In this document: positions 24,420 to 32,000 of the stretch, one piece after another
Position numbering within the stretch: the first letter of the stretch is position 1
Layout of the letters: each line of letters opens with the position of its first letter
Source of the DNA: Candidatus Lokiarchaeum ossiferum
Lineage (GTDB): Archaea; Asgardarchaeota; Lokiarchaeia; Sigyniarchaeales; Promethearchaeaceae
Assembly: GCA_025839675.1 (NCBI GenBank)
Contig: CP104013.1
Coordinates: forward strand, 3,330,001 to 3,362,000
Direction: 5' to 3'
DNA length: 32,000 nt
The notes under the pieces: model-generated
Databases searched by the model: none
What the model saw: the letters and a program-made list of their open reading frames with translations, nothing else
What the model was told of the DNA's origin: nothing
Program-made: the position numbers and the translations under genes

Positions 24420-27023
24420 CTATGTGATATCTTCAACTTTAGCCCCTACTGAATGTAGACGTTTTTCTAAGGTGATTTTATCATTTTTTCGTTTAGGATA
24501 TGACTCTAAAAATTTTTCTGGAGATTTTTTAATAATCGCCAAACATCTTAATAGAAGGTCATAGGCTTTGAATGGTCGTCGGGCTTCACTTGTGTTCGCC
24601 TCACGAAGGAATTCTAAGTAATTTTTTACGTCTAGCTCTTCTTCCTTAAATGTAGAAATATCAATATCATCAAATTCTTTGGGCCTACTTTTATATTGCG
24701 TTTTGACTTCTTGCTTCCATTCTTCCTCTTTGATTTCAAGTTTTTGCAGCTTTTCGACGAATTTAATATGCTGATCTTCTAGCTCTAGTTGTTTTAGCAA
24801 GATAACTAATTTTTTACACTCAGCAATAGCAAAAGGCCATTCTCCCGCTTTTTCATGGGCTCGCAGCTTTTTCTTTATTTCTTTAAGTTGCTTCTCGCGT
24901 TCTTCCAGCGCTTTCTGTTCGGCTTCTTCCCGCGCTTTTTGTTCCGCTTCTTCTCGCACTTTCTGTTCGGCTTCTTCCCGCGCTTTTTGTTCCGCTTCTT
25001 CTCGCACTTTCTGTTCGGCTTCTTCTCGCGCTTTTTGTTCGGCTTCTTCCCGCGCTTTTTGTTCCGCTTCTTCTCGCACTTTCTGTTCGGCTTCTTCTCG
25101 CACTTTCTGTTCGGCTTCTTCTCGCGCTTTTTGTTCGGCTTCTTCTCGCGCTTTTTGTTCGGCTTCTTCCCGCGCTTTTTGTTCGGCTTCTTCTCGCACT
25201 TTCTGTTCGGCTTCTTCTCGCGCTTTTTGTTCGGCTTCTTCTCGCACTTTCTGTTCGGCTTCTTCTCGCGCTTTTTGTTCGGCTTCTTCTCGCGCTTTCT
25301 GTTCCGCTTCTTCCCGCACTTTCTGTTCGGCTTCTTCTCGCGCTTTTTGTTCGGCTTCTTCTCGCGCTTTCTGTTCCGCTTCTTCCCGCGCTTTTTGTTC
25401 CGCTTCTTCCCGCGCTTTCTGTTCGGCTTCTTCCCGCGCTTTTTGTTCGGCTTCTTCTCGCGCTTTCTGTTCGGCTTCTTCCCGCGCTTTCTGTTCGGCT
25501 TCTTCTCGCGCTTTTTGTTCGGCTTCTTCTCGCGCTTTCTGTTCCGCTTCTTCCCGCGCTTTTTGTTCCGCTTCTTCCCGCGCTTTCTGTTCGGCTTCTT
25601 CTCGCGCTTTCTGTTCGGCTTCTTCCCGCGCTTTTTGTTCGGCTTCTTCTCGCGCTTTCTGTTCGGCTTCTTCCCGCGCTTTCTGTTCGGCTTCTTCTCG
25701 CGCTTTTTGTTCGGCTTCTTCTCGCGCTTTTTGTTCGGCTTCTTCCCGCGCTTTTTGTTCCGCTTCTTCCCGCGCTTTCTGTTCGGCTTCTTCTCGCGCT
25801 TTCTGTTCGGCTTCTTCCCGCGCTTTTTGTTCGGCTTCTTCTCGCGCTTTCTGTTCGGCTTCTTCTCGCGCTTTTTGTTCGGCTTCTTCTCGCGCTTTCT
25901 GTTCCGCTTCTTCCCGCGCTTTTTGTTCCGCTTCTTCCCGCGCTTTCTGTTCGGCTTCTTCCCGCGCTTTTTGTTCGGCTTCTTCTCGCGCTTTCTGTTC
26001 GGCTTCTTCCCGCGCTTTCTGTTCGGCTTCTTCCCGCGCTTTTTTCTCGCTCTCAATTATATTTTCTTTCTTCTTACTTATATTATCTTCAAATTGACTT
26101 ATTTTTTGATTCCAAGTCTTTATTTCTTCAAATTTTTCTAATTTTTTAACAATTTTAAGAATCTCTTTCGCACTAGTTATTCCTGATCCCCAGTCCTCAT
26201 CAAGTTCGTTTTTCTTAATTAATTCTACTAATTGTTCATAATCTGCATTTAATTTATTTTCTGCGACCTGTTTTTGCCGTTTTGCCTCTTGGGCGTTAAA
26301 AATTTCTTCTTGTTGTTTCAATTTGACTTGTGAATTTTTCCAAAACCGGATTAAGCTGGAGTCATCCGATTCTTCTAGTATTCTTAAAATCTCTTCTAAC
26401 ACATGCTTTGCTTCTAAAAACGCATTTTCTTGATAAAATTTTTCATAGGATGTTTGGATTTGTGAACATTTTTCTGAGATGTTCTTTTCTTTCTCCGAAA
26501 TATTTGTTCTGTTTATATTTTTGACAATTTCCTCATATTCTTCAATTAAAGCTACATTTTTAATCTTATCTGCATATTCAATTATTTTTCGAGTTTCTAT
26601 CAATGCTTCATCAAATTGCTTTTTAGCTAAATACTGAGATACTTCAATTTTATGTTTCTCAATGTTTTCTAATATTTCTGCTTCAAATTGATCCCATTCA
26701 TCGATATGGGATTGGAATTCATCTTGTGAAATTTTTAGAATTTGTAAGAAATCCATTGTCTCAAGACGTAGACCTTCAACGGTAAAATGACGCAGAATTG
26801 TAATATCTGGATTTCGTTCTAAAATTTGCCCCTCGATCATTGGAACTTTATTTTGAAGATCACGCGAAACTCGTTCACCAATCCAAATGTAAAGCCGTTT
26901 TTGATGGTAAAAGTAAACTGCTATGATATTTATATTAATAAAAGAATTTTTCAATTTTTCTGCAGGAATAGACACGATAGTTCCATCTGTATGCAGTTTA
27001 TAAGCAATATAAGGGGGGTTCAT
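24420..27023 (-). CDS. Gelsolin-like-domain protein with helical repeat modules and a 47-copy AREEAEQK tandem octapeptide array
   Basis: This is an 867-aa ORF. The N-terminal ~100 aa read ...NIIAVYFYHQKRLYIWIGERVSRDLQNKVPMIEGQILERNPDITILRHFTVEGLRLETMDFLQIL, which resembles the gelsolin-repeat pattern (hydrophobic strand, hYhWhG, helix, xVxEGxExxxF). The array occupies nt 24912-26039. TTTAAATAAAATG lies about 25-35 nt upstream of the ATG. Confidence 0.85.
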   Translation of the reverse strand: MNPPYIAYKLHTDGTIVSIPAEKLKNSFININIIAVYFYHQKRLYIWIGERVSRDLQNKVPMIEGQILERNPDITILRHFTVEGLRLETMDFLQILKISQDEFQSHIDEWDQFEAEILENIEKHKIEVSQYLAKKQFDEALIETRKIIEYADKIKNVALIEEYEEIVKNINRTNISEKEKNISEKCSQIQTSYEKFYQENAFLEAKHVLEEILRILEESDDSSLIRFWKNSQVKLKQQEEIFNAQEAKRQKQVAENKLNADYEQLVELIKKNELDEDWGSGITSAKEILKIVKKLEKFEEIKTWNQKISQFEDNISKKKENIIESEKKAREEAEQKAREEAEQKAREEAEQKAREEAEQKAREEAEQKAREEAEQKAREEAEQKAREEAEQKAREEAEQKAREEAEQKAREEAEQKAREEAEQKAREEAEQKAREEAEQKAREEAEQKAREEAEQKAREEAEQKAREEAEQKAREEAEQKAREEAEQKAREEAEQKAREEAEQKAREEAEQKAREEAEQKAREEAEQKAREEAEQKAREEAEQKAREEAEQKAREEAEQKAREEAEQKVREEAEQKAREEAEQKAREEAEQKVREEAEQKAREEAEQKVREEAEQKAREEAEQKAREEAEQKAREEAEQKVREEAEQKVREEAEQKAREEAEQKAREEAEQKVREEAEQKAREEAEQKVREEAEQKAREEAEQKALEEREKQLKEIKKKLRAHEKAGEWPFAIAECKKLVILLKQLELEDQHIKFVEKLQKLEIKEEEWKQEVKTQYKSRPKEFDDIDISTFKEEELDVKNYLEFLREANTSEARRPFKAYDLLLRCLAIIKKSPEKFLESYPKRKNDKITLEKRLHSVGAKVEDIT
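24888..26039 (-). repeat. 24-bp coding tandem repeat: 47 intact units (24912-26039) plus one degenerate unit (24888-24911)
   Basis: The unit is GCG CGR GAA GAA GCS GAA CAR AAA (minus strand). 1128 nt / 24 = 47 exact in-frame units. The flanking degenerate unit encodes ALEEREKQ. Confidence 0.95.
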
Positions 27024-27168
27024 TCGTTACTAAATAATTATCCACATTTTATTTAAAACGGATCACAAGTTTTCTTAGGTTTTTGGAGATTTGAATTAAT
27101 AAACTAAAATTAAAATTGAAAAAATACTCTCTCCTGTTTTTAATCCATAAATTAGGTGTACACAGAAG

Positions 27169-28644
27169 TTATTTTTTATTCCAAATATAAATTGACCCCG
27201 TCAGTTTGGGAATTGCAAAGTCTATCGCATCTTTACAGTCATTTACGGTCTTAACTTCCATAAATCCTTCCTCACTGTTTAAAATTTTTGAGCATTTTAA
27301 GTTTTTCCTGAGAGGATTGAAGTTTAATATAGGTAGAGAAGAAATTATATCATAATCTGCAAAATTACATAGTACCAAAATGATTTTTGAAGGGAAATTC
27401 CAGTAATAAGCTATTATAGGATATAATTCCATTTGGTTGGACAGTAGATCGGTGGAAATTTGGCGCCAGGATCCCTCAGAGGATGAATCAAAAAGATTCA
27501 AATCAATCAGTGTGCCATAATATTCATCCAACCAAGTTTGATTAATTTCATTCGGAATTCTCCCTAACTGCACAGGAATTTTAATTTTTCTTCCTTGCCT
27601 TTGTCCTTGATGGAGTAATCTCGCTCCTGGAAGCGTATAAAGGAATGTAGCTAATAATTTAGATTTTTTAGGCCCGAATATTTCAAAAGCTCGGGATTCA
27701 TCATGATTTTCAATAAATCGAACAAGTTTGGTTTGGTAATTCAAGTCAGCTTTTAAATGTCCCTTGATAGAATCAATATTTCCTTGGCGTAAGCGATCAT
27801 ATAAGAGTTTGTCGTAGCAGAAATCGAATCCCAATTGTTGTAATTCCCATTCCAAATCCCAATAGACTTCGGCGATAAAAATGAAATTGGGATATTTTTG
27901 CTTGACATCCGTCACAATTTCTTTCCAGTATTCTTGAACTAGAGGATATTTTGCTTTAATATTCCATGTTCGTTGAAAAATATTGGTATTGAGTAACATA
28001 GCCATATCACACCTAACTCCATCGGCAAAAGTGGCGATCCATTTTAATAATTTTTTAACTTCATTCCGCATTTCTTGAGAGAATGCATTGAATTGGAGTG
28101 TGTCTGTCCAAGCATCGAAATATGGATCTTTTCCATGAGCAAATATACCATTTTCACTTTTGAAGAATGTTTTTGGCTCCTCTTTTAAATCAAATTCAGT
28201 GCCTTGAATAAAATATTCGGGGTGATTTTGTTGCCATTTATGATCGCAAGCTAGATGATTCGGCACAAAATCGACTATAATTTTAATTCCGTGTTCATGA
28301 AGTCGTTTGGCTAGTGATTGAAGACCGGCATCAGTTCCAATCTGCGGATCAACATGATAATTATAGATGGCGTAGGGCGAGCCAACAATATCTTCATCTT
28401 TTAAATCCTTCAAAACTCTTTGATATTCTTTTTGCAAGCCAGGATGAGTTTGGGCAATTTTTCGTCCCTGTGGACTTCGTTCCCATATTCCCATAAGCCA
28501 AATTGCATCATAACTGGCTAATTCTTGGATGATGATCTCCTCTGGTAAGTTATCTAAAAAGATCTGAACCCCATACTGATTACTCAAATCTTTCAACCAT
28601 GGCCATGTGTTTATTTCATAAATCAAAGGGTGAATATTGTACAT
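27169..28644 (-). CDS. Alpha-amylase family (GH13-like) glycoside hydrolase, cytoplasmic
   Basis: GH13 conserved regions are present: KIIVDFVPNHLA (region I), GVRCDMAMLL (region II, nucleophile Asp), FIAEVYWD (region III, Glu) and FIENHDESR (region IV). There is no signal peptide. Confidence 0.8.
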   Translation of the reverse strand: MYNIHPLIYEINTWPWLKDLSNQYGVQIFLDNLPEEIIIQELASYDAIWLMGIWERSPQGRKIAQTHPGLQKEYQRVLKDLKDEDIVGSPYAIYNYHVDPQIGTDAGLQSLAKRLHEHGIKIIVDFVPNHLACDHKWQQNHPEYFIQGTEFDLKEEPKTFFKSENGIFAHGKDPYFDAWTDTLQFNAFSQEMRNEVKKLLKWIATFADGVRCDMAMLLNTNIFQRTWNIKAKYPLVQEYWKEIVTDVKQKYPNFIFIAEVYWDLEWELQQLGFDFCYDKLLYDRLRQGNIDSIKGHLKADLNYQTKLVRFIENHDESRAFEIFGPKKSKLLATFLYTLPGARLLHQGQRQGRKIKIPVQLGRIPNEINQTWLDEYYGTLIDLNLFDSSSEGSWRQISTDLLSNQMELYPIIAYYWNFPSKIILVLCNFADYDIISSLPILNFNPLRKNLKCSKILNSEEGFMEVKTVNDCKDAIDFAIPKLTGSIYIWNKK

Positions 28645-28709
28645 GAATATATGGAGTTACTATAGTTTTAAACTAAAAAAATGTATTTTTCAAAGAAAAT
28701 TAAACTAAA

Positions 28710-29441
28710 TTAAAGATGGGCGAGCATAGCTAAGATATAATTTATTGTTTCATTGTGTTGTTCATTTCGGGAAATAGTTGCAACTCCATCTCCTTTCTGT
28801 TCTCCATAGTATCCAAAATAAGCATGATTACCACTAGCAATCATGTGAATGGTATGATTCGAGGGTAATAATGATGCTGTAGAGGGAATATCTTTCGAAA
28901 GTACAGTGTCGAATTCTCCATACAACGACACACAAGGAATTTCTAATTTGGATAAATTATTAAAGTCAGTTGGATAGGAAGCAAGTAATATTAATCCTTG
29001 AACATCTTCAGGATGGTCAAAAGTATATTTTGCTGCCATAGATCCTCCCAACGAATGTCCAGCCATCACCCAATTAGAAATAGATGAAAATTCTGTCATG
29101 ATATCCTCCGCTCTATTTGCTCCAAGAACTGCTAAATTCAATGGCATCGAAACAATCACAACAAGATAACCTTGACTCGCTATAGATTTAGCTAAGACCG
29201 AGTACGCTTCGGGTTCCACTTTTCCCCCAGGATAGAATATAATGCCTGTTGTAGGGGTTGAATTAACAGGCGTAAAAGCAATATTTTTATCTGCTTGCAC
29301 AGAAACATCCGCATCTGATTTGATGACGTTCAACGCTTCTTCCATGGGATCTGATGAATCAGTAACCCAATATGCTGCAAAACCCGCAAATCCGATAAAA
29401 ATTATCAGAAATACAACTCCAATCGCTTTTTTCTTTTGCAT
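28710..29441 (-). CDS. Membrane-anchored/secreted alpha/beta-fold hydrolase
   Basis: The N-terminus is a signal/anchor (KKKAIGVVFLIIFIGFAGFAAYWV). The nucleophile elbow reads GHSLGG, and a late His is present (SGNHAYFG). Confidence 0.7.
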   Translation of the reverse strand: MQKKKAIGVVFLIIFIGFAGFAAYWVTDSSDPMEEALNVIKSDADVSVQADKNIAFTPVNSTPTTGIIFYPGGKVEPEAYSVLAKSIASQGYLVVIVSMPLNLAVLGANRAEDIMTEFSSISNWVMAGHSLGGSMAAKYTFDHPEDVQGLILLASYPTDFNNLSKLEIPCVSLYGEFDTVLSKDIPSTASLLPSNHTIHMIASGNHAYFGYYGEQKGDGVATISRNEQHNETINYILAMLAHL

Positions 29442-29549
29442 ATAAATACTTTATATCGAACACTTTTTTCTTTTGTGCTTATTTTTTTGCATAAAAATAC
29501 TTCATTTTCCTCTATCTTATAACTAATTTTTCATTTTAATTTCACGTAT

Positions 29550-30482
29550 ATGAAAAAAAAATTCCATTACATAATTGCATTATTTGCTTTTGTATTATGG
29601 GGTTTGACCTTTCCTTTCGGAAAAATGGTTCTTCCCCCCCTTTCCTCATATTCCTTTGTTTTCCTTCGATCTTTGATGGGATTTTCCCTCTTATTTGTTA
29701 TTCTTGCGATTCAAAAAGAGATCAAACCATGGCTCCAATCCTTGAAAGAAAATTTCTGGCCCCTTTTTCTTTTTTCGCTGGGTCCCTTTGCTCTTTCTTA
29801 TACAATACAGTTTTATGCAATACAATATACTACAGCGATTAATCAATCAATTATTGCCCAAACTTCAGTAATTTGGGTGGTACTCATAAATTTTCTCGTG
29901 TTTAAACAAAAACCGCAATTAAAATTCGTATTGGGTGTCCTTACCGGAATTTTTGGGGTCGTCTTAATTATCACCAGTTCAAGTGCGTCATCTTCAACAA
30001 ATACGCTTAAAGGTGATTTATTATCCATTATTGCTTTCATTTGTTGGGGTAGCTATACCGCATTTTCGAAACCTTTAGCTGTCAAAATTAAACCAAAATA
30101 TCTCACAACGTCAGTTCTTATGTTTGGGGGGATATTCTTGTCTGGAATTTCAATTGGAACAGGATTATTTGATCAAGTTAATCAATTAACAACCCTCCAA
30201 TGGGTTGTTTTGCTTTATCTCGGATTTATCTGCACAGGATTAGCTTATTTACTTCACATGATTGGACTTAGCGGTCCAGAAGTCAAATCAGAATATATTG
30301 CGTATTTTACCCTGATTATGCCCATTATTTCAGCTTCTTTCAGTATTTTATTCCTGGATGAACAATTTAGTTGGCGTATCGGGTTGGGAACGTTTTTCGT
30401 ATTTTTATCCGTTATCATAATCCAATATAAAAGAAGAAAACCTTTATCTCAGGATGATAATGCATCAGAATTTCAACTATAA
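29550..30482 (+). CDS. EamA/DMT-superfamily transporter
   Basis: About 10 TM helices are arranged as two EamA-like halves. The N-terminus is typical (ALFAFVLWGLTFPFGK), and the second half begins AFICWGSYTAFSKPL. Confidence 0.8.
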   Translation: MKKKFHYIIALFAFVLWGLTFPFGKMVLPPLSSYSFVFLRSLMGFSLLFVILAIQKEIKPWLQSLKENFWPLFLFSLGPFALSYTIQFYAIQYTTAINQSIIAQTSVIWVVLINFLVFKQKPQLKFVLGVLTGIFGVVLIITSSSASSSTNTLKGDLLSIIAFICWGSYTAFSKPLAVKIKPKYLTTSVLMFGGIFLSGISIGTGLFDQVNQLTTLQWVVLLYLGFICTGLAYLLHMIGLSGPEVKSEYIAYFTLIMPIISASFSILFLDEQFSWRIGLGTFFVFLSVIIIQYKRRKPLSQDDNASEFQL

Positions 30483-30503
30483 AAAAAATAAAAGATTTCT
30501 TTC

Positions 30504-31247
30504 TTAGTTCTTATTTTTTATTTCAATTGTAATGTTTTTTGTGGAGAGATCTACCATTTTCACCAAAAGGGCGACTCTGGTCTCAGGATTTAATGCATTC
30601 CAAAAAGTATCAATGTTTTGTGTAATGTCGTCGAATATCTCTACGACAAAAGGTTCGCCATAAAATGATGGAAGAGGATTCCCATTCGATTTATAGGTCG
30701 TGATTGCATGCCCCAGACCTGGAATTGACTTTTTATAATTATAATAATGTCGCAATGCATATTCAGGTTTATTTTGAAATGACTTCAAAATTGACAAGGT
30801 GTAACCAACATGTTTTGAACTTGAATATCCAATACCTGAAATTCGGGGGGTAAAATTTGGAGGATCCGGTTCATATTTCCTCATATTTAAAGCATCCTCG
30901 AAAGATTTTCCATTTTGTAAGGCTTCATAAATTGTTTCCGTTTGATCTCCATTCGAAATAATGTGCCAATCTTGGAGATGTTTGATCGGAAAATAAATTA
31001 TTAATGAAGGATCAGTTAATTTTGATTCGTCAAAGGCTTTAGTCCGTACAAAATTTTGCTCATCTTGATAGAAGACACGATTTTGACTATTAACTGATCT
31101 TCCGCCAATCCAGTAGATTTGAATGAGGGATTGCCCATTCGGAGATCTTCCAATAATCAATCCTCGACCAGAATAGGCATTGGCTTTAAGAGATTTGAGG
31201 TTAGTAATTGGATTTTCATTAAAGATATGTTGTTCTGGAAAACTCAT
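30504..31247 (-). CDS. purO: IMP cyclohydrolase, archaeal PurO-like family
   Basis: YSGRGLIIGRSPNGQSLIQIYWIGGRSVNSQNRVF and ISNGDQTETIYEAL match the PurO pattern as I recall it from M. jannaschii (Y.GR...VGR..NG...AY.VSSRSFPNR; VSNGSHTDTI). Confidence 0.7.
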   Translation of the reverse strand: MSFPEQHIFNENPITNLKSLKANAYSGRGLIIGRSPNGQSLIQIYWIGGRSVNSQNRVFYQDEQNFVRTKAFDESKLTDPSLIIYFPIKHLQDWHIISNGDQTETIYEALQNGKSFEDALNMRKYEPDPPNFTPRISGIGYSSSKHVGYTLSILKSFQNKPEYALRHYYNYKKSIPGLGHAITTYKSNGNPLPSFYGEPFVVEIFDDITQNIDTFWNALNPETRVALLVKMVDLSTKNITIEIKNKN

Positions 31248-31332
31248 GAGAATTTAAAGTAAATATCAATATGTATTAGACTTTATTATGATGGAAAAAA
31301 AAGATCGTTGTAAATAGTTTTCTAAAACAGAA

Positions 31333-31995
31333 TTATAATTTACCCAAAACAGCCAGTTTGAGGATTTTTTTGTAGCGTTCGCTTTCAATTAAATAGAGGA
31401 TCGAGGGAGAAATAAAATCAACCGCTTGGAATACACGGCGGATTTCTTGAGCAAATCGAATTTTCTCGGGATCGATGACAAAGTCCGAAGCCCGCGCTGA
31501 TTGAACTGTTTCAATCCACTTCACGGGATTTTTTTGTTCCATAATCCCATCCAAAGCATAAATTCCTAAATCTGTTAATCCTGCAGCTAATAATGCACTA
31601 GCCTCCATTTTATACAATTTAGGATCCGTTTGAACTGCTCGAACATCTGCGACTCCCAGATTTGTTATGCCTAATGTAATGGAAGCTTTTTCTGCTCCAT
31701 ATTTTTCCACAAATTCTTTGGCATAGACATGTATCAAATGCCGATAATCCTCATGAGATACAATCCCTTTCGATGCAGAAACATAATCTGTGTTAAAGAT
31801 CATATAGTTGATTTGATCCCAATCCACTGTTGAAACCGGCACTGTCATAAAATCTTGAATCCGGAAATCACCATCAACATGGTCCTCATAAGCTAAGGGT
31901 AATGCAACCGCAATTGCCTTCGTACCGTATTCATGCATCATTTCTTGCATCGCGGTAAATTTTGCAAAGGAAGCTTCAAATCGTTCTTTATTCAT
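31333..31995 (-). CDS. Hypothetical protein (220 aa or longer; the start is 5 nt from the window edge)
   Basis: The ORF is clean with typical composition, and ATG lies at 31993-31995. The frame is still open to the window end, so the true start may lie outside. No motif is recognised. Confidence 0.5.
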   Translation of the reverse strand: MNKERFEASFAKFTAMQEMMHEYGTKAIAVALPLAYEDHVDGDFRIQDFMTVPVSTVDWDQINYMIFNTDYVSASKGIVSHEDYRHLIHVYAKEFVEKYGAEKASITLGITNLGVADVRAVQTDPKLYKMEASALLAAGLTDLGIYALDGIMEQKNPVKWIETVQSARASDFVIDPEKIRFAQEIRRVFQAVDFISPSILYLIESERYKKILKLAVLGKL

Positions 31996-32000
31996 GTTCG

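Noticed and set aside
24888-26039. Possible CRISPR array, given a regular short repeat over more than 1 kb
   Set aside because: The units are head-to-tail with no spacers. The 24-bp period is in frame with a long ORF and encodes a conserved octapeptide. No cas genes are nearby.
24875-26056. 393-aa minus-strand ORF (KKRGKKPNRKR...) across the repeat array
   Set aside because: It is an alternative frame of the same repeat and exists only because the repeat lacks stops in that frame. It is nested entirely inside the real 867-aa CDS.
24855-26141. 428-aa plus-strand ORF (FPRFLFGFFSRFLF...) across the repeat array
   Set aside because: It is an antisense reading of the 24-bp tandem repeat. It is pure low-complexity F/R/G/S/L with no start context. 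The minus-strand 867-aa frame has non-repetitive, well-formed flanking domains.
1-32000. Searched by eye for tRNA/rRNA genes, integrases/transposases and cas genes
   Set aside because: I noticed no GC-rich cloverleaf-like segments or rRNA-like conserved blocks, and no DDE, tyrosine-recombinase or Cas motifs. Absence cannot be proven without tRNAscan-SE, Infernal or HMM searches.

Overview
AT-rich (roughly one-third GC by eye), gene-dense archaeal-type sequence. Supporting signs are TTTAWATA-like TATA boxes about 25-35 nt upstream of starts, oligo-T terminators and GGAGGTGAT-type Shine-Dalgarno remnants. I infer an Asgard (Lokiarchaeia-like) origin from a histone-fold protein with a lysine-rich N-terminal tail and a gelsolin-like domain protein; this is inference, not a database result. 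Recognisable housekeeping genes are serS, a radical-SAM enzyme, a polyprenol/dolichol-kinase-family membrane protein, a YkgJ-type Cys-cluster protein, sua5/tsaC, an MFS transporter, stand-alone trpB2, a membrane-anchored purple-acid-phosphatase-like metallophosphoesterase, a cysE-cysK operon, a GH13-like alpha-amylase-family enzyme, an alpha/beta hydrolase, an EamA/DMT transporter and a purO-like IMP cyclohydrolase. I found no rRNA, tRNA, CRISPR array or clear transposase. The parts most worth a second look are: (1) an 867-aa protein (24420-27023, minus) joining a gelsolin-like N-terminal domain to 47 in-frame copies of the octapeptide AREEAEQK, a predicted ~56 nm ER/K single alpha-helix; (2) a tightly coupled two-gene operon (10964-15773) encoding 785- and 815-aa proteins with no motif I can recognise, followed by a small membrane protein; (3) two tandem paralogous RecB/Cas4-like PD-(D/E)xK nucleases (16180-17908) directly downstream of the tailed histone; (4) a compact RHH/wHTH divergent regulator pair sharing a 33-bp palindrome with two facing TATA boxes and two 18-bp iterons. 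All functional calls rest on motif recognition by eye, and no searches were run.
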